11,680 nt of DNA. It comes from Pseudobacteriovorax sp. Lineage in GTDB: Bacteria > Bdellovibrionota_B > Oligoflexia > Oligoflexales > Oligoflexaceae. A program made the translations under genes and the position numbers. Positions 1 through 6,935 of the stretch are shown here, in pieces (the first letter of the stretch is position 1; each line of letters opens with the position of its first letter). The stretch spans positions 1 through 11,680 of the forward strand of contig JBNKNM010000182.1 in NCBI GenBank assembly GCA_050293845.1. Reading direction: 5' to 3'. The notes below the pieces were generated by a model. It made no database searches. It was not told the origin of the DNA and saw nothing but the letters and a program-made list of their open reading frames with translations.

Positions 1-384
1 ACCTAAAAGATTTTGCTCAAGAGCGATTTCAAATGCAACCTCCGTAAAAAGCTTACTTGCACCATATTCGGCAATCTCATCAAGTGCTCGACCCAAGACA
101 TGATCGTCAAAATGTTCGGCTTTCAAGCTTGGTGAGATCAAGCGATCCACAGGTTTATTTTGGAGAAATTGTGCGACTAAATATAATCTTCGGTTTGAAA
201 AACCTAGACCATTCAATATCATGGCGAGGACAGCGTTTCCATTACTCACGATACGACGAACATCGAAACGTGGCAGACGTTGGTCAATTTTATCAACAAG
301 TCCAAGGTCCTTTGACACGGCTGAAACAATGCCAAGATGATCTAGGTTGAGTGCACAATTATCGCTCGGATCGATTGCTGCCAT
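1..384 (-). CDS. IS1634-family transposase, N-terminal part (DUF4277-like domain); runs off the window's left edge
   Basis: Manual translation from the ATG at 384 gives MAAIDPSDNCALNLDHLGIVSAVSKDLGLVDKIDQRLP...GNAVLAMILNGLGFSNRRLYLVAQFLQNKPVDRLISPSLKAEHFDDHVLGRALDEIAEYGASKLF..., open to position 1. The LDHLGIV, AMILNGLGF and DDxLGRxLD motifs are typical of IS1634 transposases. An SD-like AGGGGG lies at 396-391. Confidence 0.9.
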   Translation of the reverse strand, partial: MAAIDPSDNCALNLDHLGIVSAVSKDLGLVDKIDQRLPRFDVRRIVSNGNAVLAMILNGLGFSNRRLYLVAQFLQNKPVDRLISPSLKAEHFDDHVLGRALDEIAEYGASKLFTEVAFEIALEQNLLG

Positions 385-481
385 GGATTACCCCCTGACT
401 TTGAATTACAAAATGGTATCAGGTGGTTACAATGGAGAATTGAAATTAAAAAAGCCAATCAAATTTTCGCGGGAATGAGAG
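1..481 (-). mobile_element. IS1634-family insertion sequence, left portion; candidate left terminal inverted repeat at about 467-481
   Basis: Contains the transposase above. On the - strand the candidate end reads CTCTCATTCCCGCGA, resembling the CTCACATTCCGCA-type ends I recall for this family. The other end is outside the window, so the boundary is unverified. Confidence 0.6.
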
Positions 482-661
482 ATAGATAACAGGCGCGGTC
501 CCTTTGGGAATATTGGTGTTCGCAACATTGACATTTTAAAAATGGTGTCGGTAAAAATCATTGGTAGCGACGAATACTTTTTGGCAGGATAGTTAGATTC
601 TCGCGGTTGCTAATGGGTCTCTACAATGATAGCAAATCTACGGTGCCTAGCTTAGAAAATG

Positions 662-2089
662 TCACGACGACGGCACCTCTTTGGTTTTTGGAAAGCTGAC
701 TTTAACAAGCAATCCAGATTTACGGGGCTTATTTTCAAAGGAAACTTTGGCATGGTGAATATCTGCTATTTTCATGACAATTGAAAGCCCAAGTCCGCTT
801 CCTTCGCCACTAGGTCTTTGAACCCGACTAAACCGTTTCCCGATGGATTGTATCTGCTGTTCTGTCAGCCCTTTCCCCATGTCTTCTATGGTAAGCAGTA
901 TTCTATTTTTTTCGTTTTCTATTGAAATTTGCACTCTGCCCCTAGGGGGCGAGTAGCGTATGGCATTGTCTAAAGTATTTCTAATAAGAATTGACAACAT
1001 GGACTGATTTCCTAAAACCTGGCCAGAATCTCCGGGTAAAAGTTCCAAATCAATCTCTTTCACTATTGCAGTAGGTGCTATTTCCTGTAGTTCCTTTGTG
1101 ACCAGTGCCCGTAAGGAACAAATCGTTCCAGAAACTGAAGATTGTGGATCTAACCGCGCTAAAGTAAGCAGCTGTGTCACTAGGTGAGTGGCTCGATCAA
1201 CTCCAGAAACGACAGCTCTAAGCGCTTGAGCGCGCAAGGAGTCATCGCTTTCCCTAAGTGCTACCTGAGCCTGAACTTTTATTCCTGCCAGTGGAGTTCT
1301 TAATTCATGGGCAGCATCTGCTGTGAATCTTCTTTCATTTTCTATAGCACTTTCTAAACGCTTAAAAAGGACATTAAGCGCCTTCATCATTGGCTTCAGC
1401 TCAGTAGGGGTATTAGGGCTTTTGATGGGAGTTAAGTCATGGGCTGTACGACCGGCCACATCCTGGGATAAGCGTCGGATCGGCCAAAGATTCCATTCTA
1501 TTATCAACACTAGCAAGAAAATAAGTGGAACGATCATCCAAAATATCGATTGCAACATGTTTGCTACCGAAACCCTTGCTAAAGAATGTCTAGCATGCAT
1601 AGACTCACCTATGACAACTCTTAGATTTCGTTTCCTGTCCCATTTAGTAAAGGTTCGTAGCTTTTGATGGCCCTGATTAAGGAAGGAGAATCCTTCGTTT
1701 GCTGGTGCTCTTATCAAATCTTTGCTGGAACCAAAAAGCAAATCTTCCTTAGAGGTCCAAATAGCAAAAAGTAGTCTTTTTTCTAGTAGTTTTCCTCGCA
1801 CACGCAACTCTGAGATAGCATGCTCATCAATATTGACTTCTTTAAAGTCATCTTCAAACTCCCCCGTTCTCTTCTTCTCTTCATAGGTTTCACCTCGCAG
1901 TATCATTTCTCGTCGCTCGTGGACGGCATGCTCTAACAAGGCTGTAGCTGACTCTACAAGATGGGCATCAAATAAATGATCCACAGCTAAACGTGTATCC
2001 TGGTAAGTATTAAAGGAGGCGATACCCCAAGCCAAAAAAGTAACAAATAAAACTGAGATTAAGAGTTTTGCTCTCAAGGACATTTTCAA
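662..2089 (-). CDS. Two-component sensor histidine kinase, QseC/PmrB-like (2 TM segments, HAMP, HisKA, HATPase_c)
   Basis: H-box FTADAAHELRTPLA, N-box NTLDNAIRYS, G1 DMGKG and G2 GSGLGLSIV. Two hydrophobic segments flank a periplasmic domain. The TTG start overlaps the regulator's stop; an alternative ATG lies at 2083. Confidence 0.95.
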   Translation of the reverse strand: MKMSLRAKLLISVLFVTFLAWGIASFNTYQDTRLAVDHLFDAHLVESATALLEHAVHERREMILRGETYEEKKRTGEFEDDFKEVNIDEHAISELRVRGKLLEKRLLFAIWTSKEDLLFGSSKDLIRAPANEGFSFLNQGHQKLRTFTKWDRKRNLRVVIGESMHARHSLARVSVANMLQSIFWMIVPLIFLLVLIIEWNLWPIRRLSQDVAGRTAHDLTPIKSPNTPTELKPMMKALNVLFKRLESAIENERRFTADAAHELRTPLAGIKVQAQVALRESDDSLRAQALRAVVSGVDRATHLVTQLLTLARLDPQSSVSGTICSLRALVTKELQEIAPTAIVKEIDLELLPGDSGQVLGNQSMLSILIRNTLDNAIRYSPPRGRVQISIENEKNRILLTIEDMGKGLTEQQIQSIGKRFSRVQRPSGEGSGLGLSIVMKIADIHHAKVSFENKPRKSGLLVKVSFPKTKEVPSS

Positions 2090-2751
2090 TCTTCAGCCTT
2101 TTTTATCATGTAGCCCACACCACGTATCGTCTTTATAAGATCCTGACCAAACCTTTTTCTCAGATGATGAACATGTACTTCAATGGCATTGCTTTCTAAT
2201 TCTGCATTCCAACCATATAGGCTCTGTTCGAGCTGAACCCTAGAAAGGACTCGCCCCTGATTCTCAAGAAGATCTTCCAGCAACGAAAATTCTCTCTGGG
2301 GTAAATCAATATAAGCTTTATCTACCATAACAGTTCGGGCCTCGGGGTCTAGTTCTATATTTCCATAGCGTATCTTAGAACCAGCCCGCCCATGAAGTCG
2401 ACGTAGAAGAGCCCGTATTCTTGCAATTAGCTCATCCAGTTCGAAAGGTTTCACGAGGTAGTCATCAGCCCCTTGGCTAAAACCAGATAACTTGTCCTGC
2501 AGTGTATCGCGAGCTGTCAAAATAAGCACGGGGATAGGATTTGTTGACGCACGTACCTCACGAAGCAGCAATAGCCCCGATTCGTCTGGTAAGCCCAGAT
2601 CAAGTATTATGGCTTCATATTTGCTAGTGGCAATGGCCAAGCGGCCTTGTCCACAGTTACGCGCCCAGTCAACACCTATCCCAGCTTGCTTAAGACCAGA
2701 TGCTACCCCGGCTCCCAACACACCGTCATCTTCCACTAGCAATACCCGCAT
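2086..2751 (-). CDS. OmpR-family response regulator, QseB/PmrA-like
   Basis: Receiver motifs LLVEDD, LDLGLPD, LTARD and GADDYLVKPF; winged-helix C-terminus SNAIEVHVHHLRKR...IKTIRGVGY. A G-rich SD lies upstream. Confidence 0.95.
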   Translation of the reverse strand: MRVLLVEDDGVLGAGVASGLKQAGIGVDWARNCGQGRLAIATSKYEAIILDLGLPDESGLLLLREVRASTNPIPVLILTARDTLQDKLSGFSQGADDYLVKPFELDELIARIRALLRRLHGRAGSKIRYGNIELDPEARTVMVDKAYIDLPQREFSLLEDLLENQGRVLSRVQLEQSLYGWNAELESNAIEVHVHHLRKRFGQDLIKTIRGVGYMIKKAED

Positions 2752-2781
2752 ACATCCCCCTCTCTCATCAATATCTTTATA

Positions 2782-3327
2782 TTAACGTGGAATGCTCAAT
2801 TCACGCTCTGAAAAAATTCCCTGCTCAGCACGTCCATGGCAAGCCACACAGTTTGATGGACTTCCTATAGACTTTCTCGACCATACTTTACGCCCTACCT
2901 CATGATGCTGCCTTTTAAAATAATATGTTTCTGTAAAACGGAGCGGTGATTCATCCGCAGGTATAGACTTGGCAATCTTCTGTGAACGGCGCAGAGCAGT
3001 CCGATCGGCTGCATTCATAGACAAAAACTGACGAATATTATTCTGCAATTGATTATCTAAGGTGGCATTATCACCGAAATGATTCTTCAGATTTTCCATC
3101 ATTTTATCCCAGGAGCGAGCTGGTAATAGTCCAGGAGGGTAGACCATATGACAGCTGCCGCACTCCTCCTTATAAATGGGATTGTCGGGTGCAAAGACCG
3201 ATCGTCGTTTTAGATACCGATCCCTAGAATATTCGTCGTCATCGTCATCGTCATCAGCACGGGCCAAAAGTGTTCCAAATATGATGAGGGTGGCTAATCC
3301 CCATATAATCTTATTTATAGGCAACAT
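2782..3327 (-). CDS. Diheme cytochrome c (DHC family), exported
   Basis: Two heme-binding motifs (YKEECGSCHMVYPPGLLPARSW and SNCVACH), the NHFGDNA motif and RFTETYYFKRQHHEV. An N-terminal signal peptide is followed by an Asp run. Confidence 0.93.
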   Translation of the reverse strand: MLPINKIIWGLATLIIFGTLLARADDDDDDDEYSRDRYLKRRSVFAPDNPIYKEECGSCHMVYPPGLLPARSWDKMMENLKNHFGDNATLDNQLQNNIRQFLSMNAADRTALRRSQKIAKSIPADESPLRFTETYYFKRQHHEVGRKVWSRKSIGSPSNCVACHGRAEQGIFSERELSIPR

Positions 3328-3344
3328 ATATTTTCCTTTCAGAG

Positions 3345-3761
3345 TTATTTAATAATGGCCATGTAGCTCAAAAAATCACCTTTTTCCAATGGGTTACAGG
3401 GGCGTCGCAGTACGTCGTCGCAGTTTCTTTTAAACCACTTCTCAACGTGTTTAAAATTAGTGAATCGATTCGGATTGATCACCGGTGCCATAGGCTTAAT
3501 GCTCTTGTTGGCATGGGTGCGGCCAAAATTTTTCGGATTAGTCGTATGGCAAGTGGAACAAGAGATTTCTTCCCCTTTTCGCGATACAAGCTTTCTAAAG
3601 TAGAGTTCCTTACCACGGTCGGATGAAAATCCTGTAAAGTCCTTTATCTCCGTTTGTGCAACTTTTTTATACTTTTGAATCACTTGGTGGAGGCTTTCTC
3701 CGAACAGCTCTCCCTTTGCTACAAAGAAACCAAGGATAATAAGCGGTAACGTCACCCTCAT
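3345..3761 (-). CDS. shp: SHP-type (Sphaeroides heme protein, DUF1924) monoheme cytochrome c
   Basis: Signal peptide, single CSTCH motif, PMAPxxNPxRFT and the diagnostic KWFKRNCxDVLxRxCxxxEKGD C-terminus (Asn ligand plus disulfide pair). The ATG overlaps the cytochrome b stop (ATGA). Confidence 0.9.
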   Translation of the reverse strand: MRVTLPLIILGFFVAKGELFGESLHQVIQKYKKVAQTEIKDFTGFSSDRGKELYFRKLVSRKGEEISCSTCHTTNPKNFGRTHANKSIKPMAPVINPNRFTNFKHVEKWFKRNCDDVLRRPCNPLEKGDFLSYMAIIK

Positions 3762-4372
3762 ATTATATTCTCCTCATCACTATTTTTACGATATTGATAA
3801 CCACTTACCATAGCTTGCGCCACCGGAATGCCGGCTTTTTTTTCATGCAAGATCATGCCAACTAAATGAGCCACGATAAATAGAGTCACTCCATATAAAG
3901 CCATGCTATGACCGGCTAGTAGGAATTCATGCCAAGTAAGCTCATCAAATAGACTACTAGCGAATGGTCCCCGATCGTAACGCATGCCTACTAGGCCTAA
4001 CCCGGAAAGAATCGCTATCAAAAGAACTAGATATAGAAGCAGATAACTTAGGCTCGCAGCCTTTTCATATCCAAAATCTTCCTCTGATTTTATCTTAGTC
4101 CTAAAATGTTTCAGCCTTAGCCAAAATGCGCTTAAATGTGCCTGCTTTGGTCCTAACAAAGCCCAAATAATTCTTAGCATGAATCCCAGAACAAGGGCGT
4201 TGCCAAGGGCTATATGAGCGACTGTTAAAGAATAACTCAGATTGATAGTATCACCCAATTTTTCTACCCAACCCAATATGACTAAACTCACTAAGACTGT
4301 AGCATTCCACCAATGAATCATCCTTTGAATCGGATCAAAAACGAGCTGTCGTTTAAATTTCTTGAATTCCAT
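3758..4372 (-). CDS. Membrane cytochrome b (Ni-hydrogenase cytochrome b / b561-like) of the SHP-DHC operon
   Basis: Four hydrophobic helices with four candidate heme-ligating His residues (RMIHW, VAHIALG, AGHSMA, VAHLVG), the RIIWALLG motif and a C-terminal AMVSG motif. Confidence 0.92.
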   Translation of the reverse strand: MEFKKFKRQLVFDPIQRMIHWWNATVLVSLVILGWVEKLGDTINLSYSLTVAHIALGNALVLGFMLRIIWALLGPKQAHLSAFWLRLKHFRTKIKSEEDFGYEKAASLSYLLLYLVLLIAILSGLGLVGMRYDRGPFASSLFDELTWHEFLLAGHSMALYGVTLFIVAHLVGMILHEKKAGIPVAQAMVSGYQYRKNSDEENII

Positions 4373-4508
4373 TACTGATTACCTTCTTTTCTACTTTTGC
4401 AAGAAATTCTCTTAAAAATTCTATACGCCGCAATATGATCAGGATTATTGTCAAAAAACCAACAAACAGGGCAAATACTGTGGATAGCAGCAAAATAATC
4501 AAATACAT
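4353..4508 (-). CDS. Small single-pass membrane protein (51 aa), probable first gene of the operon
   Basis: Manual translation: MYLIILLLSTVFALFVGFLTIILIILRRIEFLREFLAKVEKKVISNGIQEI*. A strong SD (AAGGAGA, 4522-4516) lies 7 nt before the ATG, and the 3' end overlaps the cytochrome b start by 20 nt. Confidence 0.7.
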   Translation of the reverse strand: MYLIILLLSTVFALFVGFLTIILIILRRIEFLREFLAKVEKKVISNGIQEI

Positions 4509-4537
4509 GTCTCATTCTCCTTAATTAGATTAATAAA

Positions 4538-4553
4538 GATGGACATGTCCATC
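4538..4553. promoter_or_regulatory. Perfect 16-bp palindrome GATGGACA/TGTCCATC, candidate operator or 5'-UTR hairpin
   Basis: Seen directly. It lies between the candidate -10 and the SD of the first operon gene. Function is inferred. Confidence 0.4.
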
Positions 4554-4557
4554 CATA

Positions 4558-4595
4558 AGCATAGTTTCGACAACGAAGCTTAAGGAAATCTTATG
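4558..4595 (-). promoter_or_regulatory. Candidate PmrA/QseB-type box (CTTAAG-N5-CTTATG, 4579-4595) with a candidate -10 TATGCT (4563-4558)
   Basis: Direct repeat with 11-bp periodicity, one mismatch from the CTTAAG-N5-CTTAAG PmrA/QseB consensus, upstream of an operon that encodes a QseB/PmrA-like regulator. Confidence 0.6.
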
Positions 4596-4599
4596 GGAC

Positions 4600-4982
4600 A
4601 AAAATAAGTCCATAAATAGGGCTGTTCAAAATAATAACACCTGGGAATACTCTTCGATATCCTGAAGTACAAGGCGAAACGCCTGGGGTAGGTAGCTCAA
4701 AAATTCGATGAGAGGGGTACAACAAGAACTTGCTCAAGCTGTGGACACGTTCATAAGGACGGTATTGATCCTTCCACCCGTATCTTCCAGTGTAAAAAAT
4801 GTGATTTCTGTTTCCTCAAAGATCTTCAATCAACATTAAACTTTGTGAAACGATATGAATCAGCCCTGTGGCAGGGCCCTTCTGGGGCTCTTCCCGATAG
4901 TAGCAGGAAACTAGAGTTAGCTCCATTCTTCTGCAAACCTCAAGTAAGCGTGGCTCATGTGACCATACTTCAGAACTCCTAA
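4600..4982 (+). pseudogene. tnpB: Truncated, inactivated TnpB (IS200/IS605-type RNA-guided nuclease), C-terminal half only
   Basis: Reads KNKSINRAVQNN, a frameshift near 4636-4641, LGILFDILKYKAKRLG, an in-frame TAG at 4689-4691, then VAQKFDERGTTRTCSSCGH...RIFQCKKCDFCFLKDLQSTLNF...* (TAA 4980-4982). This gives the LxYKA motif, a CxxC/CxxC zinc ribbon and a RuvC-III-like D..S.LN segment. The left boundary is approximate. Confidence 0.85.
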
Positions 4983-5022
4983 CTACAGGATGCTTTCGAC
5001 TTCAGCCGAGAGAGGAAGTCAC
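4983..5022 (+). mobile_element. IS200/IS605-family right end (subterminal hairpin plus terminal TCAC); also the expected 3' part of the TnpB omega-RNA scaffold
   Basis: GATG, then hairpin CTTTCGAC-TTCA-GCCGAGAG (4993-5012, one mismatch and one G-T pair), then AGGAAG and TCAC, directly after the tnpB stop. This is the established right-end layout. Confidence 0.8.
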
Positions 5023-6824
5023 TGACTGTCTAACTCATTTATCTCTGGTAGCATTTGGATGCATAATTGATATATCTCATCAGCTTTCCCGAATTCGCTG
5101 TCCAAATCTAATAACTTCTGAAAAAAAGAATTTATAAGCTTTTTACACTGCGGAAATATTTCCTTGTCACATAAGATAGGAAAAAAAGCTAATTCAGACT
5201 GATTAAAGTCTAGATAAGGTAATAGCTGATTCACAAGTAATATCATCGATTGATGGAAGCGTGAAATATTATGTCCTGATGCTTCAAAATCAGTTCTAAT
5301 ATTAGGGTCCGGACAACAGAATTTTTGTGCTTCATTATCAAATTTTATTAGGCCAGCATTTTTTAAACTGTTGAATGCTTTGGCAACTTGTGTCTTTGAT
5401 AGAGTGGGGGCAATTTTTTGAGAAATCCATTGAGCGTTTTGCTGAAAATCTTTAAGTCCAATAGATTCTCTTACCACAGCGCTAACCCAACTGGGCTCAA
5501 ATTCAATTTTATTTTGAATATTATGATACTGTGAATTGTGAGTAACTGTGAGAGGTATTATTTGAGTATTTAAGAGTATAGCTTGATCGATTTTATCAGA
5601 TTCAATAGTTAGATTATAAATGTTTTGTCTTAGATTATTTAGCATATCTAGGATTTGAGGGTAGTAAGCTTTACTAATAGGAATCGTAAGGCTGTGAATA
5701 GATCTACTTTTAGCTGGAATTTTGCTCAATCCATCGATCGCTAGCTGACAAAACGAAGATTGAAGTTTTTGGTTTTTTGTCTCTCGCCAAACAAGAGGGG
5801 TTATTATGTTTTGATTTTTTTTTGTAGTATCAGATTTATCAGTAATGACTAGCTGGCACTCTTCAAATCTTTTCGTTAATACATCAACTTTGGTTTCTGA
5901 TAGAGAATGTTTAGAGGTAGCTTGTTTATTATTATACCCAGGAATACCCAAGGCAAACCATAGCAGTAGGCAATCCATGAGGGTAGCAGTTTTATTGTTT
6001 GATAAGGGGTCAACATCAATGGCTACATTGGTGGCGACGGGCATTTCAATTTGATAGCGTTGGGGACCCTTTAATATATTGTCGATAAAAAGATCAAAAT
6101 GTTCTTCACAAAAAAGGATAAACCCACTACTTTTTTGGCATTTAGAAAGATTATGACAGGCTTTTTTTATTTTCTCTTTTAGCAGAGATATTCGTTTAGG
6201 ATTACAAATAACTTTTGTATTACCTAGTATTAAGGTGATATCTCTAGAATCTTCATATGCGTGAATGATAAAACTTTTGTCATACTGGAGGGGATTCATT
6301 GTTGATGCCAGGCGCACCCGTTGGGAATAGGGGGCATCCAGAATGTATTGAAGTTTGATGGCGTGAACATGGGACGGATCTACAGAAATACCGTCTTTTA
6401 CAGCTAATTTACAATTAATCCAATAGACAAACCAGTTTGTCTGCCATTTAGCTACTGTTGCTTTTGGAGCCGTGATGGTAAGCGTTCCTGCAAAGTTATG
6501 CCCCTTTCCTGCCGGAATGAAAGTAAAGCCTTTGAGCCTTGGAAAACCTTCCGCTATTACAAAAGTTATGGGTTCCGCAATCTTATGAGTTTTCATATAA
6601 TTCCAGATCGTATATAGCCGATCCTCGAAAATAGAAAAATCCGCAATTTCTTTTGCACTCTTTTTATTTTCAAGATATTCCGTGGCAAGGTTGATATATT
6701 TTTCTGGAGGGTACACGAGTTCCTTGATAATTTGTAGACTCAAAGCTATCCGCACCCGGTACGTGTCTTCACATGTACTGATTGTTATCAGGTCTTGTTT
6801 AATATCCATAGCTAATGGGTTCAA
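5019..6824 (-). CDS. DUF4423/TIGR02147-related protein with two tandem DUF4423-like units and an atypical N-terminal domain
   Basis: C-terminal unit: WVSAVVRESIGLKDF...WISQKIAP...LKNAGLI...RFHQSMI...DEIYQLCIQMLP. An earlier unit ends SRSIHSLTIPIS...DQAILLNTQIIPLT. Start is TTG 6824 or ATG 6809. Confidence 0.75.
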   Translation of the reverse strand: MNPLAMDIKQDLITISTCEDTYRVRIALSLQIIKELVYPPEKYINLATEYLENKKSAKEIADFSIFEDRLYTIWNYMKTHKIAEPITFVIAEGFPRLKGFTFIPAGKGHNFAGTLTITAPKATVAKWQTNWFVYWINCKLAVKDGISVDPSHVHAIKLQYILDAPYSQRVRLASTMNPLQYDKSFIIHAYEDSRDITLILGNTKVICNPKRISLLKEKIKKACHNLSKCQKSSGFILFCEEHFDLFIDNILKGPQRYQIEMPVATNVAIDVDPLSNNKTATLMDCLLLWFALGIPGYNNKQATSKHSLSETKVDVLTKRFEECQLVITDKSDTTKKNQNIITPLVWRETKNQKLQSSFCQLAIDGLSKIPAKSRSIHSLTIPISKAYYPQILDMLNNLRQNIYNLTIESDKIDQAILLNTQIIPLTVTHNSQYHNIQNKIEFEPSWVSAVVRESIGLKDFQQNAQWISQKIAPTLSKTQVAKAFNSLKNAGLIKFDNEAQKFCCPDPNIRTDFEASGHNISRFHQSMILLVNQLLPYLDFNQSELAFFPILCDKEIFPQCKKLINSFFQKLLDLDSEFGKADEIYQLCIQMLPEINELDSQ

Positions 6825-6870
6825 TCTTCACACCCTGAGTATCGTGAGCTTTGCTTAAAAATATGTCATG

Positions 6871-6887
6871 AGGATATATTATATCCT
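6871..6887. promoter_or_regulatory. Inverted repeat AGGATATA-T-TATATCCT, candidate operator
   Basis: Perfect 8-bp arms with a 1-nt spacer, about 50 nt upstream of the DUF4423-like gene in a divergent intergenic region. Confidence 0.35.
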
Positions 6888-6935
6888 GGAATAATTTATG
6901 TAAATATGAATGATCTTCATAGTAAATCAGCATAG

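Noticed and set aside
57..350. 97-aa + strand ORF from the track
   Set aside because: Antisense shadow of the IS1634 transposase, which has clear family motifs on the - strand.
1323..1667. 114-aa + strand ORF
   Set aside because: Entirely antisense to the histidine kinase; no motifs.
2752..2768. GAGAGAGGGGGATG on the - strand resembling the right-end core GAGAGAGGA
   Set aside because: It is the ribosome-binding region of the response regulator and lacks the hairpin and terminal tetranucleotide.
2492..2785. 97-aa + strand ORF
   Set aside because: Antisense to the response regulator; low-complexity shadow translation.
4600..4982. An active TnpB/Cas12f-like nuclease or a domesticated nuclease-dead regulator
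   Set aside because: The N-terminal half is missing and there is a frameshift and an internal stop, so no full-length protein can be made. No CRISPR repeats are nearby.
5845..6054. 69-aa + strand ORF
   Set aside because: Antisense to the 601-aa gene; no independent support.
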